Source: Ranitomeya imitator
Lineage: Eukaryota
Assembly (NCBI RefSeq): GCF_032444005.1
Contig: NC_091283.1
Span: forward strand, 274,350,001 to 274,414,000
Direction: 5' to 3'
Length of the DNA: 64,000 bases
Part shown: positions 25,346 through 40,922 of the stretch, one piece after another
Position numbering within the stretch: the first letter of the stretch is position 1
Layout: each line of letters opens with the position of its first letter
Position numbers and translations under genes: made by a program
The notes under the pieces: generated by a model
Database searches by the model: none
What the model saw: the letters and a program-made list of their open reading frames with translations, nothing else
Told to the model about the DNA's origin: nothing

Positions 25346-25478
25346 ACATTCCAAAGACATACTGATAGGGAACTTAGATTGTGAGCCCCATCAGGGACAG
25401 CGATGATAATGTGTGCAAACTGTAAAGCGCTGCGTAATATGTTAGCGCTATATAAAAATAAAGATTATTATTATTATT
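25198..25478 (+). mobile_element. tRNA-derived V-SINE-like element (HE1/DANA-type core, L2-like tail)
   Basis: Box A tggctcagtgg, box B ggttctaatcc, core gtttgtatgttctctccgtgtttgcgtgggtttcctccggg, tail tgtaaagcgctgcg...aataaag(att)n. Confidence 0.85.
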
Positions 25479-25497
25479 CCCCTGTTCCCGCCCGCAG

Positions 25498-25644
25498 ACT
25501 TGGGAGACGCGGTACACGCTGCTGCTCTGGCTATCTATGACGTGTCTCATACCCTTTGATCTCTCTCGTCTGGATGGAAACCTCTCTGCGGAGGGAGGGC
25601 GGATCCGGCGCTCCACCATGGATCACATCCTGGAGATCGCTGAG
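25498..25644 (+). CDS. TBCD: TBCD coding exon 5 (147 bp)
   Basis: [29 protein letters not shown]...MDHILEIAE. Confidence 0.97.
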
Positions 25645-25689
25645 GTCTGTACTCCATCATCTCACCTTCTGTCTCATAGTCTGGTGCCT

Positions 25690-26185
25690 CGTCTCACTGA
25701 TCGCCCCTCTTCTCTGCCCCTCGTCTCCCTGTACTCACTGATCGCCCCTCTTCTCTGCCCCACGTCTCCCCGTACTCACTGATCGCCCCTCTTCTCTGCC
25801 CCTCGTCTCCCCGTACTCAATGATCGCCCCTCTTCTCTGCCCCTCGTCTCCCCGTACTCGCTGATCGCCCCTCTTCTCTGCCCCTCGTCTCCCCGTACTC
25901 GCTGATCGCCCCTCTTCTCTGCCCCTCGTCTCCCGTACTCACTGATCGCCCCTCTTCTCTGCCCCTCGTCTCCCCGTACTCACTGATCGCCCCTCTTCTC
26001 TGCCCCTCGTCTCCCCGTACTCAATGATCGCCCCTCTTCTCTGCCCCTCGTCTCCCCGTACTCAATGATCGCCCCTCTTCTCTGCCCCTCGTCTCCCCGT
26101 ACTCACTGATCGCCCCTCTTCTCTGCCCCTCGTCTCCCCGTACTCACTGATCGCCCCTCGTCTCCCTGTACTCACTGATCGCCCG
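25690..26185. repeat. 41-bp pyrimidine-rich minisatellite filling intron 5
   Basis: tactcactgatcgcccctcttctctgcccctcgtctccccg; period 41 (25981 to 26022). Confidence 0.95.
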
Positions 26186-26197
26186 TTTCTCTTGCAG

Positions 26198-26253
26198 TCC
26201 TACCTGCTGGTCAGTGATAAGTCTCGGGACGCCGCAGCTGTGCTGGTCTCCAA
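26198..26253 (+). CDS. TBCD: TBCD coding exon 6 (56 bp)
   Basis: SYLLVSDKSRDAAAVLVS(K); gtaagt donor. Confidence 0.97.
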
Positions 26254-26305
26254 GTAAGTGTGGACACTCGATGATAGGCTCCCTTTAAAAGGGGTTGACC
26301 CATAG

Positions 26306-28035
<1,730 letters not shown>

Positions 28036-28949
28036 TGCACTATGACTTTCTCCCTCCTGATGGCGCCACTTTCTTGCTGTTGCTCCCATTACAGTAGATC
28101 CCTCAGCCTTATGTAATGTGATCAGGGCTTCAGATTTAGAAGCGTCACCCCCCCCTCCCCCCTCCACCGTAGGCATTAACCCCTTGCTTCCCGTCCTCCT
28201 GCTTGCATCATGCAGCGACCTGCTGCTCCCGTCCCGTCACTGCTCCATAATCTGATAATTCGTCTTCAGGGTTTGGCCGATCACCTGCTCATTAGTCTGA
28301 AGCGATACTCCGCTTAAGCAACACTGAAACCGGGCCTTGCCTCGCAGCCACGGCTTTACAGCTCCTCTAATCCGGCACCCGGTAATCCAGAAAGTCCCAT
28401 TCCTCCCTGGAGTGTTGTAGTAAGATCTGTGGGGTCCGATCGCTGGGACCTCCACCTGTCGATCACAGCTTTACATGTCGCCCTTCTGCCATCCTATCTA
28501 CATCACCCAGCTTTCCCAGATCCCTGAGTGTCCAGGATAACCGATGCGTCCTTCACTTTCCCACTCGGACCCCCGGTATCGCACTCCGCTGAGGGTCTCC
28601 TCCCATGACAGCTGCGCCTGTCAGGACTCCTGCGGCAGCCGTACACCTGTCACACACCTGTCGGCTTCAGCCTTACAGGTGCGCTCTCCCCACTGTGGGG
28701 GTCTGAAAGAGACCTCATAGCCTGCTGGGAGGTATAGTGCCTACATATTAACCCTGTAACAACGGCGGGGGGTGTAAGGTTAATCCCCAGGGCCACCACC
28801 CCGCGATTACATGTCAGGTAGGTTGGGGCCCCGGGCCTCGTCTCACCCGCCTCTTGCGTGACACAGATGCCATCATCTTCTTCTGGTCGCCTCCAGCAAT
28901 GGAACTGGAAAAACAATTCACGGTAATTAGGGCCATGAATAATAGTGCG

Positions 28950-30302
28950 AGGAGCCGAGCCATCACTGGCCTACATACCGGGGAGAGGAGCAGGACCCCC
29001 GTCGTGCCATCACTGGCTTACATACCGGGGAGAGGAGCAGGACCCCCGTCGTGCCATCACTGGCTTACATACCGGGGAGAGGAGCAGGACCCCCGTCGTG
29101 CCATCACTGGCATACATACCGGGGAGAGGAGCAGGACCCTCGTCGTGCCCTCACTGGCCTACATACCGGGGAGAGGAGCAGGACCCCCGTCGTGCCGTCA
29201 CTGGCCTACATACCGGGGAGAGAAGCAGGACCCCCGTCGTGCCATCACTGGCCTACATACTGGGGAGAGGAGCAGGACCCCCGTCGTGCCATCACTGACC
29301 TACATACCGGGGAGAGGAGCAGGACCCCCTGTCGTGCCATCACTGGCCTACATACTGGGGAGAGGAGCAGGACCCCTCATCGTGCCATCACTGGCCTACA
29401 TACCGGGGAGAGGAGCAGGACCCCCTGTCGTGCCATCACTGGCCTACATACCGAGGAGAGGAGCAGGAACCCTCGTCGTGCCATGACTGGCCTACATACT
29501 GGGGAGAGGAGCAGGACCCTCCGCCGTGCTATCACTGGCCTATATACTGGGGAGAGGAGCAGGACCCCTCATCATGCCATCACTGGCCTATACACCGGGG
29601 AGAGGAGCAGGACCCCTCGTCGTGCCGTCACTGGCCTACATACCGGGGAGAGGAGCAGGACCCCCGTCGTGCCGTCACTGGCCTACATACCGGGGAGAGG
29701 AGCAGGACCCCCGTCGTGCCATCACTGGCCTACATACCGGGGAGAGGAGCAGGACCCCCGTCGTGCCATCACTGACCTACGTACCGGGGAGAGGAGCGGA
29801 GCAGGACCCCCGTCGTGCCGTCACTGGCCTACATACCGGGGAGAGGAGCAGGACCCCCTGTTGTGCCATCACTGGCCTACATACCGAGGAGAGGAGCAGG
29901 AACCCTCGTCGTGCCATCACTGGCCTACATACCGGGGAGAGGAGCAGGACCCCCGTTGTGCCATCACTGGCCTACATACCGAGAGGAGCAGGACCCCCGT
30001 CGTGCCATCACTGGCCTACATACCGAGGAGAGGAGCAGGAACCCTCGTCGTGCCATCACTGGCCTACATACCGAGGAGAGGAGCAGGAACCCTCGTCGTG
30101 CCATCACTGGCCTACATACCGGGGAGAGGAGCAGGACCCCCGTCGTGCCATCACTGACCTACATACCGAGGAGAGGAGCAGGAACCCTCGTCGTGCCATC
30201 ACTGGCCTACATACCGGGGAGAGGAGCAGGACCCCCCGTCGTGCCATCACTGACCTACATACCGGGGAGAGGAGCAGGACCGCCCCCCCCCCCCCCCCCC
30301 CC
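28950..30302. repeat. 47-bp minisatellite ending in a ~20-nt poly-C run
   Basis: gtgccatcactggcctacataccggggagaggagcaggacccccgtc; period 47 (29051 to 29098). Confidence 0.95.
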
Positions 30303-31443
30303 GTAGTGTGTTGGGCCTTTCTTCTTTTTTGATACATGTTGAATAATTTTCATGGAGCTGCTGATACAAAAGTTATAAAAGGAAACATATTTAGTCTTTT
30401 TTACTGGAGCATATAAACGGTTAACAGCCGGTCAATGACCCGGGGCGGCAGCGTCCATCACCTGTGCCGCTGTCAGTGACAAGGCCTCGTTCATGCGCTG
30501 CCGCTGCCGTGTGAAGTGCCGTCTGGTGTTTCTTGTGAACTGACGTTGATATGTTTCTGAGTTTTGTGCTTTCCCGCCCCGATGTCTGATAATAGCGGTG
30601 TACCCGAATGAGGCTCCGGGCGGCAGAAACAGGTGACACCAGCACAGTCAGGTCCTAGGAACCAGAGGCTGCAAAACACACAGAATGTCGCCTGAGGACT
30701 CATCATAGCTGACCAGGGTGTGGAGGCAAGTTGGAAAGTATGTGACCCCCGGGGTTTAGTTTTGTTTCTAGAACAAGAACTTATTTTCTGTACAAAAAAT
30801 TTAAAAAATTTCTGACCAGTACATTGCACAACACAGACTGCTACGCTGCACGAGGGAACGCTACTGTTCTGCCTAAATACTCCAGAGCTGCACTTGCTAT
30901 TCTGCATAGCTGGTCCCTTTTCTATGTATGAAAGACGTGTGGAGAAAATATACATGTTTGTATGTTGAACATGAAACCAGTAGTTACAGACACACATTTT
31001 ACATAATTGGCGGCCGATTACGTGAGTGTTCCTCTTGGAGGTGAAGGCCGAGTTGTCAGACCAGTGTTTTTTAGGTCACCTGATAAGTGGCATCGGTTGC
31101 CGATGCTGTAATCCGACCCTATGTCATGGCATGCATTCCTCACAGGCATGGTTCAAGCACCACCTACTATAATGAGCTTGGAGATGTCCTCCCTGTGGCC
31201 CTATAAGTCCGAGGCTGAGGTGTGGTCCCTCATCACTGAGTTATCTAACCACTTCTAAACTGGATCACAATGTTCTTTATACTCCCTGACAGACGGCAAT
31301 TTCTTTTGGGAGGATTTTCTTTGAGTACCATCAATAAGATTGTTGAGTTATCAACCATGCCAATTCTATTTTTCTCTATGATTTCCCCACCTCACCCCAT
31401 TACAGTTTATTGTTGCATCGTACTGGGCAGCTTGCAAGAGTTA

Positions 31444-31803
31444 GGCTGGGTTCACATTGCGTTAATGGGAAAGCGCTAACGGACAAGCGCTAACGGACAA
31501 CGGTGAAATTAACGCCGTGCAACGCGTCCGTTAGCGCGCCCATTCACAGCAATGGGAACGCGCAGCACTAGCGCGTGCCATGTTCGGCACGCGCTATGCG
31601 ACGCGCCGGTGTTTCCTGGCGCGCCGCGGACGCTGCTTGCAGCGTCCGAGGCGCGCCCGCGGTCCATTCCCCGCTCTCGCAGATCGGGGATCTGCGAGAG
31701 CGGGGACGTACCGCGACCCCGGGACGCAGCCCCATTAAAAACATTGCGTTAGCGCAACCCGCTAGCGCTAAACGGGTTGCACTAACGCAATGTGAACCTA
31801 GCC
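31444..31803. mobile_element. Harbinger-type palindromic MITE (360 bp)
   Basis: TIR ggctgggttcacattgcgtta / taacgcaatgtgaacctagcc (1 mismatch); TTA TSD on both sides. Confidence 0.9.
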
Positions 31804-33634
31804 TTAGGGTGACATTGCACACCTGAGGCTATACTGTATATTTATATGGGGATCATAACATGAGATGATACTTTACGGGGAACCGCCATGGGTACCTTCC
31901 CCACCCGCTAAAGGTCAACGCCAATAGATGCTAAATTACTGAAATGTTCATCTGTTCCGAGTTGCCAAATACACAACATGGAGAAAAGTATTTTCCCCCT
32001 TCATTTTCCACCTAGAGCAGATTTTCTAACTTGCCTATGCAGTTGGGCCTTCTTCCTATACAACAGCAGCGACTCTTCTAGAAAGGTTTTAAGTGGTTGT
32101 GGAAGTTGCCTGACATTTGTCTGTACTGACAATACTTCTTTAGTGGGTGGAATATAACTTTTTCTCTTAAGCAGAGTTTCTCTGGAAATGTTTTATGTTC
32201 GTTCTAGTACCCCTTTAAGTTTGAAATCTAAAATGGCCTCTTCCACTGTAGACACTGTAAATATTCTTCTTTATTAAGAGAAAGGGCAACGCTTCTGCTA
32301 ATCTCAGTGTGATGAAAGTGTTCGGTTTTTGTTTTTTTCTTGTTTTTTTTTCTATCTCCCACACTCCCTCTCTTAAGATACACCTGTATCCTTGGGGTCT
32401 AAGCTACGCAGGTGCTTTGCCCCAGGGTACTACCAGCTATTGAAACTTGGCACAGCGGTCAGGGCACTCTGCCAGGGGTTGTATTTGTCACACACTGTGC
32501 ACGGTGTGAAATATTTGTCTATTACATGTGACTCTCCAAAAACTCTTTCCCTCTGGAATAAAGTTTTTAAAGATAATGGAGACTTGTAAATGAGGACATT
32601 TTCAGGTGGAGTACGACAGGGGAGCTATTTAAAAAGGGTGATCTTCGAATCGTGTGCATGGCAAATGACATTAGTCAAGGCAGTTACTGTGCTTTTAAGT
32701 AAATAACGGGTGGGGATGTCTAATGAAGTCTAATTGTTTCAAATATAGCCTATGTTTACTAAAATGTCCTGGTTTTAGCACTTTTTTTTTTTTTTATAAT
32801 GCAGGGCTGTAAGGATATTATATGTTCACTAAAGAGCATGACTTCAAGTGGCGCAGTAGTCAGGTGGCTTGTACTCACTTGCTTCAGGCTTCATTCACAG
32901 GGTGTAGTTGCTCGTTCATTAAATTAGGTACCGCCATGGGTATGTAATGCACCCACTAAACTGCTGGTACCAATTACATTTATGAAAAAGGATTATTGGA
33001 ACTAGAAAATCATGGTTGCTCTGATCCAGAAACAGCGTTCACTATTCCTTAGGTTTTTCTTTGGTGGTGGTGCTGACCTGCAATACTGCACATCCCTTGT
33101 CGTTGAGCATGTTGTCTTTTTTTTTTTTTTTTTAAATTTAAGAAAGTAACTATTTTTTTTACCTTTTTAAGAGGGTAGTAATATTCCTTTTTATCTGTGC
33201 ACAACTTATTAAATTTCCATCAGTTCATGTTATTGGAATGCGACTCCAGATACATTTTCCTCCGATTGCCGCAATCGGTGCCGGAATGCGTCTTGTTAGC
33301 AGGATTACTCGCCGAGAGCGGAGTTTTTTTTTCATTTGTCCACGGAGTGGAATGCATTTTATTAACACCCGAGAAGTCATCTCTGCGTGGCGCCCTGCCA
33401 ACCTGCGTTTAATTACACTTCTATAGAGCAAATTAGGTCAGCTCTTCCCAGTACCGCGGAACCGGCTCATCTTTGGTATGCAAATAATGAAATGAACTAT
33501 GCTGAATCATTCCGCCATCTCGCTGGAAACAGCCAGCAAGTAGGTCAGATCTTAGCTCTTCCAAACAGCTGTGGGAGACTGCAATAAGAGTAGCAATATT
33601 CAGGGCTGGCCGGGATGTATAGCTCATACTTTAA

Positions 33635-34761
33635 TCTATATACATAATTGTCTAAGGGGTACTTCCGTCTGTCTGTCTGTCCTTCTGTCACGGTTATTCG
33701 TTCACTGATTTGTCTCGGCAGCTGCCTGTCATGGCTGCCGCATCCAATCAGCGACGGCCACAGTCCGATTAGTCCCTCCCCTGCACTCACTGCCCGGCGC
33801 TCGCTCGGTAATCCCCCTCCACTCACCGCTCACACAGGGTTAATGGCAGCGGTAACGCACTCCGTTACCGCTGCTATTAACCCTGTGTCCCCAACTATTT
33901 ACTATTGATGCTGCCTATGCGGCATCAATAGTAAAAAATATGTCATGTTAAAAATAAAAAAAACCTGCTATACTCACCCTCTGCTGCCTTTCTCACTCCT
34001 CGCCACGCTCCCGGGACCGCTCCATTGCAAGCGGCAGCTTCCGGTCCCGTCCCAGGGCTGGTGTGCGACAAGGACCTGCCGTGACGGTCATGTGACCGCA
34101 ACGTCATCATAGGTCCTGCTCACACCAGCCCTGGGACCGGAAGCTGCTGCTTGCAATGGAGCGTTCCCGGGATCGTGGCGAGGAGCGGCAAAGGCAGCGG
34201 ATGGTGAGTATAGCAGGATTTCAACAGGCTATAGGGGAGTATATGTTTATTTATTTATTTTTTTTACGTCTCTATACTACGTGGCTCTGTGCTGGCCAAT
34301 ATACTACGTGACTGGGCAATATACTACATGGCTCTGCTATATACTATGTGGCTGGGCAATATACTATGTGGCTGGGCAATATACTATGTGGCTGGGCAAT
34401 ATACTATGTGGCTGGGCAATATACTATGTGGCTGGACGATATACTACGTGGCTGGGCGATATACTACATGGCTGGGCAATATACTACGTCGCTGGGCAAT
34501 ATACTACATCGCTGGGCAATATACTACGTCGCTGGGCAATATACTACGTCACTGGGCAATATACTACGTCACTGGGCAATATACTACATGGCTGGGCAAT
34601 ATACTACAAGGCTTGGCAATATACTACGTGGCTGTGCAATATACTATGTCGCTGGGCAATATACTACGTGACTGGGCAATATACTACGTGGCTGGGCAAT
34701 ATACTACGTGGACATGCATATTCTAGAATACCCGATGCGTTCGAATCGGGCCACCATCTAG
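33635..34761 (+). mobile_element. Complete non-autonomous Helitron (1127 bp) with an internal 20-bp tandem repeat
   Basis: A|TC start; 3' hairpin cccgat-gcgttcga-atcggg (34731-50) followed by CTAG|T (34758-62); gctgggcaatatactacgtg repeats at ~34290-34710. Confidence 0.85.
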
Positions 34762-34806
34762 TATATATTATATTTATACATTATATATTTCCTTTTTTCA
34801 CTGCAG

Positions 34807-34852
34807 GCCCAGCTTTTCAAGCATGGCAAAAGAGAAGATTGTTTACCCTATG
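34807..34852 (+). CDS. TBCD: TBCD coding exon 8 (46 bp)
   Basis: AQLFKHGKREDCLPY; ctgcag acceptor, gtgaga donor. Confidence 0.96.
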
Positions 34853-35731
34853 GTGAGACACTGGCCTAAACATTAATGGGGTTGTTCAGTACTTTAAAAA
34901 CATGGCTGGCTTCTTACAAAAACAGCGCCACCTCGGTCTACAGGTTGAACCTGGTATTGCAGCTCAGCTTCTTTCAAGTTAGAGTTACAGAGCTGCAATA
35001 CCATAGAGGACCAGTAGACGGGGGTGGCGCTGCTTTTGGAGGAAGGCAACCACGTTTTTATAATGCTACGTCCAGACAGTTGCTGAAAGTGCAATTCAGA
35101 AAAAGTTATTCTGGTAAACTGTTTCAGGCTCTTCTCAGTACTGTCTTTGTTGTTTCTAATGTTGTGGAAGCCTGGTGATTAGCAATATGGCTGCTGTGAC
35201 ACCTAGAGAGGTTGTCATGCAGTTATATTTCTGGTGATATGTCTGCTTGGTTCACTTAGCTTATTTCTTAGGGTGCTGTTGCAGATTTAATTTGGTACCT
35301 TCATGCGTAGGGAATACACCCACTGAACTGCCAATGCCAATAACCTTAAACTGAAAGAAAGCAAAACATTGCAGCTTTTTCCAGGAACAGCTCCCCACAT
35401 GTCATTGTGGTTTTTTTCGGGTTTTGCATCTCTGCTTAATTTAAGTGACCGGTGCCAACCTGCAAAAGGGATGGTGCTGTTTTGGGGAAAAAGGATGTAC
35501 TGTTGTGGGGAAAAAAATCAGCCTTGTTTTTCATTTGTTTGTTACATATAATTGGCTTTGGAAGTTTAGTGGGTGCAATAGATACCCATGGCGGTACCTA
35601 ATTCAATGAATATATGTTTACACACTGACATAAAAGTGCTGTTTATGGAAAAAGCAGCCATGTTTTTATAATTCAGGACAAACATTGTTAATATTATGAG
35701 AAGGTGATAAGCCCCTTCAAATTGTGATTAA

Positions 35732-36061
<330 letters not shown>

Positions 36062-37008
36062 TAAGAAAACCTACAGAGTAGGGGGATTCACAGGAGTCTC
36101 TGCAGGCAGAGAGAAAAAATCCTAAAAGTCATTAATGACAGCTTCTCTGTGATGCTAATGGAAAGAGCCTGCCGAACAGGTTGGGCGGCTTCCCAGCAGC
36201 TCTGCTGACACATGGGAAACCACTCGGCTTTTACTGCCCCTCTGGCAGCACATAAGCCTCATCCAAGTCTAACACTCCCATCATTTGATGTCCGTGGTTC
36301 CCGCGGAGGCTGCATTGTGCCGACCCTTTACTATGCAGAACGGAGCAGCCACCGGCTACAGAATTCCGGCAGGGCCCTCAACCCCACCGACCCTCCATCA
36401 GATCTCCCACGCTGATAGGCGGGCGGAGGAGCCGGCGTCATCTTCCCTACCATTTAAACCCATGACTTCTGGGCTTTTAATACTGATGGGTTAATAGGGG
36501 GCTGGAAGCTGAGATATGGGGGCTGTGGGCTGGGGATGACGAAGAAGGCCAAGTAGGAACATTATTGTGTCTCAGCTTTATGAACCTCTGAGAAATTAGG
36601 GTGGCCATAAATGTTGACTAGATAGCGCAGCTGGATAGTGGGGTCCCAGGCATGAGCTCACATGGAATAGCGCCCCCAGCTCAGGTCCAAGAGACCACGT
36701 TGGGGGTTGGAGTACTGGTGTCCTACAGAGGTTGGGCCATAAGGTCAAGGATTATAGCCCATCAGCGACCCTGCAATGGCAGTCTGACATTAAAATGCAC
36801 TGGCCGCCTTTGCACTTCAGTCGTCTCCCTGCGTCACATTGCGGGGAGCCAATGGCTGCTGAATACCCCCGATGGCTGCGATCTTAGTCCACCCGTAGCT
36901 GGGCCTCATAGGAGAACATCAGTGTTACTATGAACTGTGGTAATCTGATGTATAGGGCAAGTGATCAGACAATCGCAGGTTCTAGTCCCCGTCTCGGCCT
37001 CTCCCCAG

Positions 37009-37139
37009 GTATCAGCGCGGATCCAGATCTCTGGCTGCAAATTTGCTTCAATCTTCGACCAGTGTCCAGAATCCCTCCGCGACTTCCTCTTCCGACGAGG
37101 AGGAGTACGACATCCCGGAGGAGATCGAGAATGTAGTAG
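37009..37139 (+). CDS. TBCD: TBCD coding exon 10 (131 bp)
   Basis: YQRGSRSLAANLLQ...DEEEYDIPEEIENVV. Confidence 0.95.
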
Positions 37140-37366
37140 GTACGGACCGACCACGGACCTACTTTATTTTTCTAGGTCATAATGTGCAGTACTGCTTTTC
37201 AACACTATATAGCAGTAGCTGATCTTTTCCATAGACCTCAATGTAACAGCCCCCTTCCCCCGACAGATTCTTTATTTTATTTTTTTATTTAAATATAGCA
37301 ATTTTAGAAAACCGAACAGTACAGAAAGCAAATTCCGGTCCCTAAATATGTCGTTTTTTTTTTTAA

Positions 37367-37567
<201 letters not shown>

Positions 37568-37841
37568 TGAGCCCTCGGGGCAGGAGCTTTGTTTGCTCCT
37601 TCACTTCCTTGTCAGTCTGTAGCCAATTCTCCAAATCATGCCTCGCGCCCGCTCCGTCCCTCGCCCTGTGCCCCGCGCCCGCTCCTACCCTCGCCCTATG
37701 CCCCGCACCCGCTCCATCTATTGTCCCCCGACCCGTGCCTGTTCTGTCCCTCGCCCTATGCCCCGCACCCGCTCCATCCATTGTCCAGCACCCGCTCCGT
37801 CCCCCGCCCCGCTTACCCCATCGCCTGTTTTCTTTTCCCAG

Positions 37842-37916
37842 GATCGGACGGCTGACGGGCCGGCTGCCCAGAGACCTTGCCGATGACGTGGTGGGCTCTG
37901 TGCTCGACTGCTTCAG
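37842..37916 (+). CDS. TBCD: TBCD coding exon 12 (75 bp)
   Basis: [24 protein letters not shown]. Confidence 0.97.
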
Positions 37917-38550
37917 GTAATCACAAGATGATACCCACCTGTCTATAGGGGGTTTCGGGGTCCACGACGTTGGAGGATAGGCTTTCTGTTCTGCCTGGGA
38001 TAAGGGGGCGGTGATGCTCATCAGTGTGCAGGGGTCCTATCTGATGCTGGCCGGAGTTTTGTAGGACGGTTACCTGGAAGGATTTGCATATCGGTTCCCC
38101 GTGCACCTGGAGGCCTGTGCTCACTTGTGCGCCCTCCAGACACGTCCCCTCCTGTCCTGGGTACACGGACCATTATACACATTGTCCAGATTGACGTCCT
38201 GTACAATCCCCAGACCCTCACAGGGATGGACCCCACAGAACTTCCTAGAAATGGGGACCATACCGTTGGGGTCCTGAGAGACAAAAAAAAAAACGTTCCC
38301 CGTAACCCTTACAGGGATTGGGTCCCCACCGAGACCCCTACAGGGATGGAGAGACCCGTGCAGGGTTGTGTCTTCTCTCACATATGTCACTGCCCCCTCA
38401 CACTTCTCTCCTGTAATACTATGTGCTGCTTTTATTCTTCCCATCTTGTCTTAAATGATCATTTCATTATATCATTCTGGGTAGATGTGACTCCCATGAC
38501 ACTCCCCCCACTTACACTTGTCCTTCTGCTGGGTGATTGGAGGGATCTGA

Positions 38551-38961
<411 letters not shown>

Positions 38962-39599
38962 TAGGTCACCTACATAGTAATATATGGCCGATGCTCACCA
39001 CAACGCCCTGAGTGGGAGGCCATTCTGATCTGGGCTGGTTAACCCTTTCCGTGCTGCATCCAGTAGTCGCTACATTTAGGTCCAGCACGAAGACCTGATT
39101 TGCATTGTGTAAGCTTGGGCCCGCGCCATGTTTACCTGCCGTCCCATCCAGGACACCTGTAGCCGCAGGGCCTGCGAGTATAGACTTGTGCCTGGCCCCG
39201 TGGGATACACATCAGCTACGCGGTGGCCGGGTGCTCGCACAGTCAAGGTGACCATCTACGGATGCGTTGTCGTCACCGTGTGTTCTGTACCATTGTCTGC
39301 AGTCACATTCCTCCGTCGCCTCCAGCCATCGGTGCCGGCGCTCACTTTCTCTTGCCTCGGGCCTAAGAGGTGAACATTGTGGGTGGATGTCAGGATGGGC
39401 CGTTGCCACCACTATTGTCAGCATCGAGGTCTCCGTGGGCTCCACCCCCCGCAGACACCTGTCTCCTTGTCTCCTTCCTTCCTTCCTCCTCCGCAGCCGC
39501 AAAGTGAAAGACTATCACAATGTGAATTAAGCTCACTGGCAGTCCTATGTAAATTCTTGTTATAGTATCACTGACTCGTCCCATAATTTACTATGTGTG

Positions 39600-40290
39600 A
39601 CCGGTGTGGGCTTTGCCTCTGGTGCTGGGGGGGGGCATGGGCTATGCCTCTGGTGCTGGGGGCCTGGGCTCTGCCTCTGGTGCCGTGGGGGGCCTGGGCT
39701 CTGCCTCTGGTGCCGTGGGGGGGCCTGGGCTCTGCCTCTGGTGCCGTGGGGGGATGTGAGCTATGCCCCTGGTGCCGTGGGGGGCCTGGGCTCTACCTCT
39801 GGTGCTGGGGGGATGTGGGCTATGCCCCTGGTGCCGTGGGGGGCCTGGGCTCTACCTCTGGTGCCGTGGGGGGGCCTGGGCTCTGCCTCTGGTGCTGGGG
39901 GGGGGGGCGTGGGCTATGCCCCTGGTGCTGTGGGGGGCCTGGGCTCTACCTCTGGTGCTGGGGGGGGCATGGGCTATGCCTCTGGTGCCGTGGGTGGGCT
40001 TGGGCTCTGCCTCTGGTGCCGTGGGTGGGCTTGGGCTCTGCCTCTGGTGCCGTGGGTGGGCTTGGGCTCTGCCTCTGGTGCCGTGGGTGGGCTTGTGGTC
40101 TGCCTCTGGTGCCGGGGGTGGGCTTGTGGTCTGCCTCTGGTGCCGGAGGTGGGCTTGGGGTCTGCCTCTGGTGCCGGAGGTGGGCCCGGGCTCTGCCTCT
40201 GGTGCCTTGGGGGTGGCCTTGGGATCTGCCTCTGGTGCCTTGGGGGGACCTGGGCTCTGGTGGGGGGTGGCGGGTCTCTGCCTCTGGTGC
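39600..40290. repeat. ~29/30-bp G-rich minisatellite (gggctctgcctctggtgccgtggggggcct)
   Basis: Direct tandem units. Confidence 0.9.
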
Positions 40291-40922
40291 AGGCCCTGTC
40301 CCTGCTGTGGGCATAATCTCTGATCAGTATGGCCTTGAAACGCGCTGTAATAAGAGGATGGTAGGACAGTGTGACGCTGCTGCTACCAGTGTGATCTCTA
40401 TCAGATCTGCAGCACAGAGTATTTCAGGTGAGCAGCATGCCCACATAGTGGAGACCTGACCACTCATCTGCTACCATTTTTAGCCTGTAAGGACCACTCA
40501 GATTACTGATTTCTTAAAATAAAGCCTTTATTATTATTTTTATTTTTTTTTTTTTATTCATTTTGTGTGGAAAGCAGAACATAAAAAAGACAAAACCAGG
40601 AAGCGTCCGTATCCGGACCTCACGTGCGTCTGTACAGCTGTACGGCAGACGTCAGCCCCTCACCCTGCAGCAGCGCCGGCTATGCTTTATACAAAAATAA
40701 ATATTACCAATATATAAATATGATTGCGTCCTGACCCCGTATCCTTTGTGGGGGATGGGGTGAGCAGCGGGGGCGGGGAGAGGACAGCCGCTAAATATTA
40801 GCTTCATCAGTTCATTAGAGTCTGTGCTCGTCAGCAAGTACTTCAGATTAGCCAGTTATTGACTGTCCGCATGTAGTCATCGAAAAGCAGCTCTCAGGAA
40901 CAGCGAGACGGACGGACGCCAT

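Noticed and set aside
30303-30320. VVCWAF resembling TBCD exon 14 (YVCWAF)
   Set aside because: Wrong order (intron 7), no flanking similarity, follows a poly-C run and hits a stop within a few codons.
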